A stretch of DNA of 64,000 nucleotides from Candidatus Poribacteria bacterium (GTDB lineage: Bacteria > Poribacteria > WGA-4E > UBA9662): positions 1 to 64,000 of the forward strand of contig JAYZAL010000047.1 in assembly GCA_036339735.1 (NCBI GenBank). Direction: 5' to 3'. Position 1 is the stretch's first letter; the number at the start of each line of letters is the position of its first letter. The notes beneath the pieces are model-generated. The model did not search any database. It worked only from the letters and a program-made list of their open reading frames with translations, and was not told where the DNA came from. The position numbers and the translations under genes were made by a program. This document shows positions 39,087 to 48,827 of this stretch, piece after piece.

Positions 39087-40001
39087 ATGAATAATATGAT
39101 ATCTAGTGGGTCCCAAATTTGGGTGCCAGAAGTTCTATCTGATGAGCAAGTGACTTTTTTTGTCGAGAATGGATATTTGGCTGTGTCGAATCTTGTTTCT
39201 AATGATGGAATTGAAGAATTGAGAGCTGATACCGTTAAACTAGCCAGAGGTGGCTATCCCTGTGAGACACTCGAACCTGTCGACTCTACATTATCAGACC
39301 AGGATGTATTGGCCTCAATTTTATGTATTCACCAACCGCATTTCATCAGCGAATTAATCGAGAAATACGTTAAACACCCACAAATATCTGGTGCTTTGAG
39401 TCAGATTACCGCAGCACATATTCCATTTTGGGATGGTAGCGTTAAGTGTATGCAATCGATGCTATTCGTCAAACCGCCTAATTTTCAGGGTCAAGCTTGG
39501 CACCAAGACGAAATCTATATTCCAACACGAGATAGATCTTTGATTGGCGCTTGGATTGCCATGGACGATGCAGATGTTGAAAACGGTTGCCTATGGGTTA
39601 TCCCCGGTTCACATCGACAAGGTTACTTATACCCACAGCGTTCTCATCAGGATCAAGATGAATTCGATTTTGCGAATGAAAGTTATGGCTTCGATGAGAC
39701 TGAAGAAATACCGGTCGAAGTTACAACCGGTACTGTGGTCTTTTTCAATGGTTATTTGTTACACCGTTCTCGTAAAAATAGGAGTCAAACTTATCGCCGA
39801 GTATTAGTGAATCACTATTGTAATTCTTGGTCTTTATTGCCTTGGAGTGTAGCTGAAGGTGAGAGTGTGGCTAACGCAGATCGGCGATCTGTAGTACCTG
39901 TGTCCGGTACAGATCCTTACGCTTGGAAGGGATACGAGCCTACACCAAATAATGTCTGGCTACGACAATGTAAAGCTCTTACTGAAATCGAAGCCAGTTG
40001 A
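39087..40001 (+). CDS. PhyH-family Fe(II)/2OG dioxygenase
   Basis: FVENGYL, QSMLFVKPP, WHQDE, ENGCLWVIPGSH, LLHRS, RR. Confidence 0.92.
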   Translation: MNNMISSGSQIWVPEVLSDEQVTFFVENGYLAVSNLVSNDGIEELRADTVKLARGGYPCETLEPVDSTLSDQDVLASILCIHQPHFISELIEKYVKHPQISGALSQITAAHIPFWDGSVKCMQSMLFVKPPNFQGQAWHQDEIYIPTRDRSLIGAWIAMDDADVENGCLWVIPGSHRQGYLYPQRSHQDQDEFDFANESYGFDETEEIPVEVTTGTVVFFNGYLLHRSRKNRSQTYRRVLVNHYCNSWSLLPWSVAEGESVANADRRSVVPVSGTDPYAWKGYEPTPNNVWLRQCKALTEIEAS

Positions 40002-40023
40002 GTTTCTGCGCAATTGGCCAAGT

Positions 40024-40052
40024 TTGAAAACCCGATAGCCTTGTGCTATACT
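40024..40052 (+). promoter_or_regulatory. sigma70 promoter with extended -10
   Basis: TTGAAA-N17-TATACT with TG. Confidence 0.65.
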
Positions 40053-40100
40053 GAAAAAATCATAATAGTCAGCAAGTTGCTGAACTTTTAAGGAGTAAAG

Positions 40101-40904
40101 ATGAAGCGATTATCAAAATTGGTGCAAATCAGTTTAGGCTTTATGTTGATGCTGGCGCTGATTGGTTGCCAGGAGGCACTCAAAAGTAGTCTCAAATCTA
40201 TCACAGAAGGCAACTCACTAAAAAATATGCCAGCCATTTTCCCAGATGAAGAGAACTTACCTGAGGGGCATAGTATTCTTGATATGGAAGTAGCACGTGA
40301 ACAGTTTGATCCAGATGCTGCTCCACGTAATAATGGTGTGATTGTAACGAAAGATGGAATCGAATTTTCAATTGTTTATTGGCGTAGTGCTGACCTTGAC
40401 TTCAAATATAATCGAGGTAATAACGCATCCGTATTTTACGAACGTGAGGCTGCACACCAGGGTGATAAATGTGATGTTTTTTACGTTAAATTGGTCAATA
40501 ATCGTGAGCAAAAAGTGATCTTCGATGTCAAAAAGTGTCGAATTGTTGACCAAGGCGAGAATATGTATGGTGGACATAACTACGAAGATTTAAAAGAACG
40601 TTTGATGATGATGAGCCGAATTGGCGGTATTATGGTAAAAAATGGACTACAGGTGGCCAAAGAGATTTTGCTAGAAAAACAAGTTGCAAAAGTCGAGGAT
40701 GGCATACCTCCTGGAGGATCAGTAGAAGGGTTTCTTGCTTTCCAGCAAGTGAAGCTCAATGCTACCGATCTATCAGTACAAATTCCTGTTGAAAAAGCCC
40801 CGCCAGAAGGGACTGCTGCTCGTTACCAAACTGTTCCGTTCGAATTCAAATTCAAACACGACAGGGGTATCAGGCTAGCGCAACCTCCGCCAAAAAGATA
40901 TTAA
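40101..40904 (+). CDS. Lipoprotein of unknown function, possibly with a DUF4352-like Ig fold
   Basis: MKRLSK, hydrophobic core, LIGC lipobox; FYVKLVN, IVDQGENMY, IPPGGSVEGFLAF; AAGGAG RBS. Confidence 0.75.
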   Translation: MKRLSKLVQISLGFMLMLALIGCQEALKSSLKSITEGNSLKNMPAIFPDEENLPEGHSILDMEVAREQFDPDAAPRNNGVIVTKDGIEFSIVYWRSADLDFKYNRGNNASVFYEREAAHQGDKCDVFYVKLVNNREQKVIFDVKKCRIVDQGENMYGGHNYEDLKERLMMMSRIGGIMVKNGLQVAKEILLEKQVAKVEDGIPPGGSVEGFLAFQQVKLNATDLSVQIPVEKAPPEGTAARYQTVPFEFKFKHDRGIRLAQPPPKRY

Positions 40905-40964
40905 CTTTTTTAGAGTTAACCTCTGATCTTATACACAGCGGATGGACTGGAAACTGTTCATTCG

Positions 40965-41429
40965 CTATTTTTTTGTCCGTTGGTAGATTGCCATGCTACC
41001 GTCGTCGTAGTAGAGTGTCAGTTGATCGTCAATTAGATCGAAGGTAATCTGTCCATCGAACGTCTTTGTTTTTACTGGAATCTGACTTGTGGGTAAAAGG
41101 GTTTTGACTGATTCAGTCACACTGTTAATCTGATCCTCTTGAATCCGCAGTTTCCCGTTTGCCTCCACTGACAGGTATCCTCCAGTAATCAATGGAAGAC
41201 TCGTTTTCGATTTCCAAGTGCCAATTTCACTAATTGTTAAGCTAGCACTGATAAGACCATCAGTTGGACGAAGGTGGGTTAATTCCCAGTAACCTACCAA
41301 ATTATCGGGTACTAGTACTTGTTCTGTGGACAAGGTGGGTGGACTTATATCATCAGGGCCACAACTAGCAAAGAGAAAACAATATAATAATAAAACAAAG
41401 AGTGCTGTGTTATTCCTTGGGCTTGACAT
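40965..41429 (-). CDS. Lipoprotein with lipocalin-like beta barrel; start reassigned to 41429
   Basis: FASC lipobox, LVGYWEL, final DQLTL..YQR strand. Confidence 0.7.
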   Translation of the reverse strand: MSSPRNNTALFVLLLYCFLFASCGPDDISPPTLSTEQVLVPDNLVGYWELTHLRPTDGLISASLTISEIGTWKSKTSLPLITGGYLSVEANGKLRIQEDQINSVTESVKTLLPTSQIPVKTKTFDGQITFDLIDDQLTLYYDDGSMAIYQRTKK

Positions 41430-41495
41430 GGGTTTCGATCTTTCGTATTCTATCAAACATTCACAAATAGATTTTTGAATGGAAGGCAAATTAAT

Positions 41496-42521
41496 ATGGG
41501 AAAAAGCTTGATTGTCGTGCATTCTCGGTTTGATCTAGTTTGGCCTTTTGCCGCTGATCACTTGCATACGCTGTGGGAAGCCGATGGAGATGTTGAATTT
41601 CACCGATTGGAGAATACAAATGATCAATTGCTGGGCCAAATTGCTAATGATACCGACAACATTGTTCGTCTGGCTACGTTGGGGGTCGGTGTTACGAAGG
41701 ATTGTCTGCAAAAATTCTCGGTTTTGAAAGAAGCAACCTTTCAAGGTAGTTACGGTCGTAATCTGTCTGAAGAAACCAATCAATATTTGAAAGAACGTGA
41801 AATCCTGACTTATGATCATCCTAGTGAAGGCTTTTGGGGGCAAACAGTTTCTGAATACGGTCTGGCACTGACTTTGTCGGGTTTACGCCGAATCCCACAA
41901 CTTCATCGTGAAATTTTGACCTCCTTGGAACCATGGGACTACAGTCCGCCAGACGGCATTGGTCGCCCTGGGGCTCGAGGTCATCAGTTTGGAGACAACC
42001 CCAATTTTACCAGTGGAACAATTGCGGGTAAAAAAGTCCGCATCGTTGGCGTGGGTAACATCGCTAGTCGTTACGCCAGTTTTGTCAGTATGTTGGGAGC
42101 TGATGTAGCTGCTTATGACCCTAACGCGAGTGAACCTTGCTTTCATCGGGCTGGTGCTAGAAAAGAATGGCATTTAGATCAACTTGTTAGGGATGCCGAA
42201 ATTTTTGCTCCTATGGTTCCATTGTGGGAATCAACACGAGGTATTGTCACCGCAGACCACATCAATGATCTACCAAAAGGCTGTCTAGTCGTCTTGGTTA
42301 CCAGAGCTGGGATCTGTGATGTTGATGCCATTCGCCGTCGAGTTTTAGCCGATGAAATTAGTTTAGCAGCCGATGTTTGGGATGTCGAACCACTACCGTT
42401 AGATGATCCGCTTCTAGGTCGCCATAATGTAGTACATACACCACACAACGCAGGTAGAACCATAGATGCCAACAAAAGTTGGGCTGAAAAGTTAGCAGTT
42501 CAGTTTCAACCAACGGCCTAA
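41496..42521 (+). CDS. D-isomer-specific 2-hydroxyacid dehydrogenase family protein
   Basis: IVGVGNIA, YDP, VTRAG, AADVWDVEP, TPHNAG. Confidence 0.88.
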   Translation: MGKSLIVVHSRFDLVWPFAADHLHTLWEADGDVEFHRLENTNDQLLGQIANDTDNIVRLATLGVGVTKDCLQKFSVLKEATFQGSYGRNLSEETNQYLKEREILTYDHPSEGFWGQTVSEYGLALTLSGLRRIPQLHREILTSLEPWDYSPPDGIGRPGARGHQFGDNPNFTSGTIAGKKVRIVGVGNIASRYASFVSMLGADVAAYDPNASEPCFHRAGARKEWHLDQLVRDAEIFAPMVPLWESTRGIVTADHINDLPKGCLVVLVTRAGICDVDAIRRRVLADEISLAADVWDVEPLPLDDPLLGRHNVVHTPHNAGRTIDANKSWAEKLAVQFQPTA

Positions 42522-42525
42522 CGTT

Positions 42526-43335
42526 TTAATCCTGTTGCCAAAGGTAGCGCAAATAATCGGCGGCTTTTCTCATCGAATCTATAGGATCCGATTCTCCTTC
42601 GTAGACAATAGAAACTCCACCGTTATAGTTTAAACCTTTCAGGATTTTGACAATTCTAGCATAATCTAACCACTCTTCAACACCAGAATCGATGTGATAG
42701 AATTTCGCACGAACATATACAGCATAGGGCGCCGTCTTGGCAATACTGTCATAACAGTCAAATTTAGGAGTGGATTGGCCGTGGCTACCACTGGCTCCCG
42801 GTGAGCCTGCATATTGCCCTGTGTCAACAATGTGAGTAAAATAAGGATGATTGGTCTCGTTCAATGCGCGTAGGAGGTTATCTCCAGTTCGGGTCACGTT
42901 GTTGTGGTTGTGGTTTTGTAAACCAACGATGATACCTTTTTGGTAACCGTATTCGGCGACTTCCTTAAAGCCTCGTATCATCGGTGGCCAAAGTTCCTCT
43001 TCGTCGGTGCAATCTTCGGGTACATAAGCAGCGAAAACTCGGACCAATGGACAACTCATGAAACAGGCTATGTCTATCCAATTTTTGATTTTGGCAATCT
43101 GATCCGGGTGCTGATCTATAGGAACACCAAAATTATTGCTAACTCCGATATAACCTAGTGGTAACCCCTTTTTTTGTAAGTCCATTTTCAGTATTCTTAG
43201 ATAGTCAATATTAGTTGATTCAAAAGCGGTGGAATGCAGTTCAATCTGGTCTAGGTTCAGGTCGGAGACAATCTGGGCAAACTCGGTGGCTGTTGTTCCC
43301 CGAACGTTCAGTGACATAGTACCAAGCTTAATCAT
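42526..43335 (-). CDS. Sugar-phosphate isomerase/epimerase (AP endonuclease 2 TIM barrel)
   Basis: VRVFA, GLQNH, DTGQY, RAKFY, YNGGVSIVYEG. Confidence 0.82.
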   Translation of the reverse strand: MIKLGTMSLNVRGTTATEFAQIVSDLNLDQIELHSTAFESTNIDYLRILKMDLQKKGLPLGYIGVSNNFGVPIDQHPDQIAKIKNWIDIACFMSCPLVRVFAAYVPEDCTDEEELWPPMIRGFKEVAEYGYQKGIIVGLQNHNHNNVTRTGDNLLRALNETNHPYFTHIVDTGQYAGSPGASGSHGQSTPKFDCYDSIAKTAPYAVYVRAKFYHIDSGVEEWLDYARIVKILKGLNYNGGVSIVYEGESDPIDSMRKAADYLRYLWQQD

Positions 43336-43481
43336 TATTGGTCCTTTTCGGCGGTGTTGGTAAATCAGTTGCCGAGACTTGGGTCCAGTATATCACAATG
43401 CTAAACTATAACCAAAGTTAGATCTGGTCCTTTACCATTCTAACTTTTCATCTTTACTAAGTTATGATAAAAAGGAGAATT

Positions 43482-44339
43482 ATGAGACTTTTTAGATTTG
43501 GCCCCAGAGGCCAAGAAAAACCAGGTGTCTTAGTTGATGGTCAACACAAGGATTGCTCAGACCACTTTGAAGATTGGAACCATAGCTTTTTTAACAATAA
43601 TGGTTTAAACGAGCTGAGATCGTTAATAGCAGAAAAGAAAGACAATCTACCTGATTCACCCCCAAATGCCCGATTCAGTTCTTGTGTTTCACGCCCTCAC
43701 ATGCTGATGTGTATAGGTTTAAATTACTCAGATCATGCCGCTGAATCAGGCATGGAGCCCCCAGAAGAACCAGTCATATTCCAAAAGAGTACTAGTGCAG
43801 TACAAGGTCCATTCGATGACGTCATCATCCCTAAAAATAGTACGCATACTGATTGGGAGGTCGAGTTGGGTATTGTGATTGGGCAAAATGCATTATATCT
43901 AGAGTCGCCAGAATTGGCGAAAAGCCATATTGCGGGTTATTGTATTTCGCACGATGTGTCCGAACGAGAATTTCAAATTCAACGAAGTGGACAGTGGACC
44001 AAAGGGAAGTCCTGCCCAACATTCAACCCTCTTGGTCCTTACCTTTGTCCTGCAGAAGAAATCGGTGATGTTAATAACCTAGCAATGGAATTAAAAGTCA
44101 ATGGTGCGGTAAAACAATCAGGTAATACAAAAGATATGATTTTTAACGCGCACTTTTTAGTGTATTACCTTTCTCAGTTTATGTTATTGGAAGCTGGTGA
44201 TGTTTTATCCACTGGAACACCAGCTGGAGTTGGTTCCGGTATGAAACCACCACAGTACTTGCAAAATGGTGATGTAGTTGAATTGTCTATCGATAAATTA
44301 GGCAAACAGAAACAAACCTTCGTTGCTTATAAAGATTAG
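43482..44339 (+). CDS. Fumarylacetoacetate hydrolase family protein
   Basis: CIGLNYSDH, DWEVELG, DVSER, WTKGKS, STGTPAGVG; AGGAG RBS before ATG 43482. Confidence 0.93.
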   Translation: MRLFRFGPRGQEKPGVLVDGQHKDCSDHFEDWNHSFFNNNGLNELRSLIAEKKDNLPDSPPNARFSSCVSRPHMLMCIGLNYSDHAAESGMEPPEEPVIFQKSTSAVQGPFDDVIIPKNSTHTDWEVELGIVIGQNALYLESPELAKSHIAGYCISHDVSEREFQIQRSGQWTKGKSCPTFNPLGPYLCPAEEIGDVNNLAMELKVNGAVKQSGNTKDMIFNAHFLVYYLSQFMLLEAGDVLSTGTPAGVGSGMKPPQYLQNGDVVELSIDKLGKQKQTFVAYKD

Positions 44340-44343
44340 AACC

Positions 44344-45174
44344 GTGATTTTTCATCGATTACTAACTCAACAGTTCTATTTTGTGTGTCTACTTAGCTTG
44401 TTATGGTTATCAAGCCAAGGGTGGGCAAATTCATCATCTGTAGAACAATTAATTAGTCTATCAGATGAAAAATTCAAAACCGATCAACTCTCTGCCTGTC
44501 TGGAATTACTGCAGCAGGCGGAGCAGTTGTTATTGGCTACAGAACAGCCGATAAGCGATCAAGCTGATATCCTGTGGAGAATGTCTCGTGTCTATACCGA
44601 ACAAGGAAATAAAATATACAAATACAAAAAGAAGGATCACAAAAAAAGAGCCCGTAAGCTTTTTGTTAAAGCGGAACAACTTGCCCGACGATCTATCAAA
44701 TTATCTCCTAAAAATAGTCAATGTTATCTTTGTGTTTCCAATGCAGCTGGTAGCCTAACGCAAGTAGTAGGTGTTAGGGAAAAAATAAAATTGTCGGAGA
44801 TTGTTAGAGAATTTGCTGATCGAGCAGTTGAACTAGATCCAAGTAACCATTATGCGCACTATATTTTAGCTCGATGGCACCATGGTATGGCAAATGTTAG
44901 TGGGGTATTATTAGCAATGGTTAAGCTGATCTATGGTAGTTTACCCCCAGCCAGCATGGAAAAATCTATTCATCACTTTCAACAAGCAATTCAAAATGCC
45001 CCCAATAATGTAAGGTATCGTTTAGAATTTAGCCGTATCGCTTTATCAATGCAAGATTGGACACTTGCTCAGTTGCAGTTGGATGTGCTCCAAACATTGA
45101 TTGAGCAGTCAGAAATCTCCCCTAGTCTTGAAGATGAAGTCAAAAAGATCCAAAACAAATTGAACAACAGATGA
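44344..45174 (+). CDS. Exported TPR-like alpha-solenoid protein (RMDN-like); start uncertain
   Basis: Signal-like N-terminus; LWRMSRVY, AVELDPSN..AHYILARWH, AIQNAPNN. Confidence 0.7.
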   Translation: MIFHRLLTQQFYFVCLLSLLWLSSQGWANSSSVEQLISLSDEKFKTDQLSACLELLQQAEQLLLATEQPISDQADILWRMSRVYTEQGNKIYKYKKKDHKKRARKLFVKAEQLARRSIKLSPKNSQCYLCVSNAAGSLTQVVGVREKIKLSEIVREFADRAVELDPSNHYAHYILARWHHGMANVSGVLLAMVKLIYGSLPPASMEKSIHHFQQAIQNAPNNVRYRLEFSRIALSMQDWTLAQLQLDVLQTLIEQSEISPSLEDEVKKIQNKLNNR

Positions 45175-46217
45175 AGTGGTTCGCTGTGCCCATCCTTGCT
45201 TACCAAAGATCATTCTTGAGAGATCTGTTCATTATTCTCTTTTTGTTTTTCTTTCAAGCTTGTGTTGGAGATAATCGTCCGGTGGTCAAGATTGGAGTCA
45301 GTGTACCAAACACTAATACAACGACTTATAACTTGATTCGAAAAGCAATTTTTGACCAATTAGTGGAACTCAATTTAACTCCTCAATCGGATCATATAGA
45401 AATAATCTGGAATAGTGTTCAAGATCAAGCTAACGGAAAAAATGCGATTGCAATGGAACTTCAGCAGGTGAAGGCTATGCTAAATCAAGGCATAAAGGTA
45501 TTGGTCTTGAATTCAATTGATTCTCGCTCTGCTTACTCTATACTACGTGAAGCCAAAAGAAAATCTGTTCCGGTCTTGACATTAGATGAACCGATTAGAA
45601 ATGATCAAATCGTCGGTCATTTTTCGATCGACCAAAGTCGCCTTGGAGAAATAGCAGCGGCCTATGTCGTACAAAAGCTCAAGGACGAATTACTTGTGGA
45701 TAAGTCTAATGTTCTAGTCTTAGAAGGGCCATTAGGATCGCCCGTTTTTCGTCAATTGAAAATTGGCATCTATCGGATTTTAGACCAGTACCCAGAAATA
45801 CATATTCTTTCCAAGTACTCAAAAGCTGACAAAAGTTCAGGTCGCCAATTAGCTAGCCAAACTCTGAGAGATTACGCTCAAAATGTACAAGCGATTATCT
45901 GTGTTAACAGCGATCTGGCTGTTGGTGCAGTCGAAGGTGTAAACTTATACGAGATGGCCGAAAAAATCGTTACCATTGGAGTTGGCGCAGAACGTTCAGC
46001 AATCGACCTGATTATTTCAGGCCAACATGATGCCGAGGTCGACCTCCAATCGTATGAACGCGGTCAGATGATTTTGCAATCAGCGATCGACATTTACAAT
46101 GACCAGCCCTTCCAAGCCGATCAAGGAAAAACCCAATTTGCACCCAGCCGTATTATTACAATTTCTAACTATACTATTTTAGAAAAGATTTGGCCGGATC
46201 TTCACTCAAAAAGATAA
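45171..46217 (+). CDS. Sugar ABC transporter substrate-binding lipoprotein (RbsB/XylF fold)
   Basis: FQAC lipobox, KIGVSVP, VPVLTLD, VLEGPLG, CVNSDLAVG. Confidence 0.82.
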   Translation: MKWFAVPILAYQRSFLRDLFIILFLFFFQACVGDNRPVVKIGVSVPNTNTTTYNLIRKAIFDQLVELNLTPQSDHIEIIWNSVQDQANGKNAIAMELQQVKAMLNQGIKVLVLNSIDSRSAYSILREAKRKSVPVLTLDEPIRNDQIVGHFSIDQSRLGEIAAAYVVQKLKDELLVDKSNVLVLEGPLGSPVFRQLKIGIYRILDQYPEIHILSKYSKADKSSGRQLASQTLRDYAQNVQAIICVNSDLAVGAVEGVNLYEMAEKIVTIGVGAERSAIDLIISGQHDAEVDLQSYERGQMILQSAIDIYNDQPFQADQGKTQFAPSRIITISNYTILEKIWPDLHSKR

Positions 46218-46714
46218 AAATAGAGCCAAAACAGTTTAGAATTCTGTTAATCTGAAACGAATAAAATGATTGAGAAAAGAAATTAAACGCGAACCGCTTG
46301 ACAAAACGACAAAGTCTTTTAATCAGGGATAGCAGGATAAGTCGTGATTGATAATTGCATTGATATAGATTCCTATCTGAGATCTTTCAACTTAGTTAAA
46401 TTATGAAAATCGGTTTTTGGTAAATTCTACATCTAAAGATTTCATGCCAATTGAGGTTAATTATCTCAATGGAGTAAAAGCCTTCGGTCACTATAGACTT
46501 TGGTCGCTTGCACTCCGGTAAATAACTCGATAACAAAATTGTACCTTTCGTGTTAACATGTAAATAATAAGTTGATTGATTTTACGTGTTCCAACGTAGA
46601 TTGAGTTTTTTGCCCTACAAATTCCCTTTTGAAACTTTTTTTGACCAAAATAATCCAAAGATTTCAGGATGAGAACAAGCCAGCATTTGGGGCACATTAT
46701 GTTCAGCATGATAG

Positions 46715-47626
46715 GTGGTACTAATGGCGATTGACTTGACTTTTTCTAACGATTTAAATTACTGGGTAGGATCTTTGGTTGGTCTTGCAATTGGCGATCA
46801 ACTCGGATCAACAATTGAAGGGAAAGCCCCAGGAACCTTCCAACCAATTGTCGATATGATGGATGGTAGCTTTTGGACCGATGATACTTCTCAGGCGCTT
46901 TGTTTGGCTGACAGCTTGATATCGATTGGTCGATTAGACGCAATCGATCAACTTGAGCGTTATGCTCGTTGGTTATTCGGAGGCTATTTGAGCAGTCAGG
47001 AATCGGCATATGGTGTTGGCCCGACAGCACGTCAGGCTATCACTAATTTTCGAGATAGTGGCCAACCTCGACCGGTTGTCAATGCCACTAGTAATGGTGC
47101 TTTAATGCGATTAGCACCAGTACCATTGTTTTATGCAAAAGATTTAGAGTTAGCAATTCAAATGTCAGCGGATAGCGCGGCCACAACTCATGGTAGCTCA
47201 GTTTGCATTGATGCTTGTCGACTCTATTCTAGCCTGATTGTCAAAGCTCTAGGGCAAGCTAGTAAAACGGAAATCCTGAACTATCATGCCCTTTTATGGC
47301 AAAATCGATCTTTGGATCCCCAAGTTGAGCAAGTCGCACGTGGTTCTTACCAACAAAAGAAACCACCTGAAATAAAAGGCACCATTCACATTGTTGAAGT
47401 AATGGAGGCTGCTCTATGGTCTTTTAGTCAGACTTCATCTTTTTCCGAAGGTGTCCTACTAGCAGTCAATTTGGGTAATGATGCTGATACTACAGGTGCA
47501 ATTTTTGGCCAACTAGCGGGTGCTTATTATGGCTACAGTGAAATCCCTGACCATTGGAAATCACAGCTAGTTAATCGGGCATTAATTGAATATCTAGCCC
47601 TCAAACTTTTTGAAGGCCGCCCATAA
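46715..47626 (+). CDS. ADP-ribosylglycohydrolase (DraG/ARH family)
   Basis: GLAIGDQLG, WTDDT, SNGALMRLAP, TTH, DADTTGAI.GQLAGA.YG. Confidence 0.93.
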   Translation: MVLMAIDLTFSNDLNYWVGSLVGLAIGDQLGSTIEGKAPGTFQPIVDMMDGSFWTDDTSQALCLADSLISIGRLDAIDQLERYARWLFGGYLSSQESAYGVGPTARQAITNFRDSGQPRPVVNATSNGALMRLAPVPLFYAKDLELAIQMSADSAATTHGSSVCIDACRLYSSLIVKALGQASKTEILNYHALLWQNRSLDPQVEQVARGSYQQKKPPEIKGTIHIVEVMEAALWSFSQTSSFSEGVLLAVNLGNDADTTGAIFGQLAGAYYGYSEIPDHWKSQLVNRALIEYLALKLFEGRP

Positions 47627-47661
47627 TCTATCTTATTAAATAAAGGAAATAATATAACTAA

Positions 47662-48573
47662 ATGTCAGCCGATTCTTGGAATTTTTTAAATGTGGCTGGG
47701 CCTTTTGATTTTACCGAAGGTCCAGTCTGGACAGGTGAGGTTGTTTTGTTTACTGATATACCAAACAACAGAATTATGCGTTACAATCCTTCAAATGGTG
47801 AAACGGACCTATTTCGTACAGGTACGAACGAGGCCAATGGCTTAATGTACGATTCAGCAGGCCAACTCTACGCGTGTGAGGGTGGCGGTCGTTGTATAGC
47901 TCGTTATAATTCGGATGGATCACGAGATGTGGTTGTCGACAAATTGGATGGTAAGCGTCTCAATAGCCCGAATGACTTAGCTTTCGATAAACAGGGGTGT
48001 ATTTGGTTCACGGATCCTAGATATGGTAACAAGATTGATGATTTAGAACTCAATCATCAGTCGGTCCTGAGAGCCAATTTAGAATCGGATGGTAGTTGGT
48101 CGCTTGAGCAAATGACCACAGATACAACTAAGCCAAACGGAATTCTTATTTCACCTGATCAATCTAGGCTATACTTGGCCGAAAGTAACCATGGTCCCGG
48201 TACTAATGCTGAACTGAGATCGTACCCGATTAATGCAGATGGAACATTGGGGGCTTTTGAGATTTTGCACAACTTTTATCCTCATCGTGGTATTGATGGA
48301 ATGACACTAGACGATCAAGGAAATATTATAGCTACTGCTGGTTGGGAAAACAGTGGGCCAGGATCAATGATTTACGTTTTTAGTCCAAGAGGACGAGTAT
48401 TGGAAACTCATCCCATTCATTTGATACAGCCGGATGGGGATCAATCAGGGAACCTCTTCCCCGGTGGCATTGTTACCAACTGTACATTTGGTGGTACAGA
48501 TTTAAAAACTCTCTATGTGACCGCCGGCGGTTGTCTTTATCGAGCTGAAACAGATCGTCAGGGGCTTCGTTGA
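47662..48573 (+). CDS. SMP-30/gluconolactonase family protein
   Basis: FTEGPVW, NGL, LNSPND, FTDP, PNGI, DGM, TNCTFGG. Confidence 0.93.
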   Translation: MSADSWNFLNVAGPFDFTEGPVWTGEVVLFTDIPNNRIMRYNPSNGETDLFRTGTNEANGLMYDSAGQLYACEGGGRCIARYNSDGSRDVVVDKLDGKRLNSPNDLAFDKQGCIWFTDPRYGNKIDDLELNHQSVLRANLESDGSWSLEQMTTDTTKPNGILISPDQSRLYLAESNHGPGTNAELRSYPINADGTLGAFEILHNFYPHRGIDGMTLDDQGNIIATAGWENSGPGSMIYVFSPRGRVLETHPIHLIQPDGDQSGNLFPGGIVTNCTFGGTDLKTLYVTAGGCLYRAETDRQGLR

Positions 48574-48591
48574 TATTTTATCCCTAAGAAC

Positions 48592-48688
48592 AAAAAAAGA
48601 GAGAACACCCGATTTTTGTAGTCACAATAGGCTCACAAGATTTGGCAGAGGTGAGCAGATATTGTGTTAATTAGGGTATTCTCTCTTT
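48592..48688 (-). terminator. Long three-tier hairpin plus U-tract downstream of flagellin (terminator or structured ncRNA)
   Basis: Stems 48596-48610/48674-48688 (15 bp), 48623-48629/48660-48666, 48631-48636/48651-48656; ends in U7 on the minus strand. Confidence 0.6.
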
Positions 48689-48827
48689 GTCTTATCGCTT
48701 AAAATTGAAACTTGTATGAATCCGTCGCTATCCCAATTTCTTCCTCTGTAAATTGCATAATTGTTCTTTATACATCTATTCAATTTTCTATCGTCGTCTC
48801 TTCTGATTAAATGAAACAATTTCCTAA

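Noticed and set aside
46298..46325. TTGACA as a promoter for the ADP-ribosylglycohydrolase region
   Set aside because: The nearest -10-like hexamer is only 14 nt away
46491..46709. 72-aa minus-strand ORF with CPKC
   Set aside because: No RBS, no second Cys pair and no recognisable family
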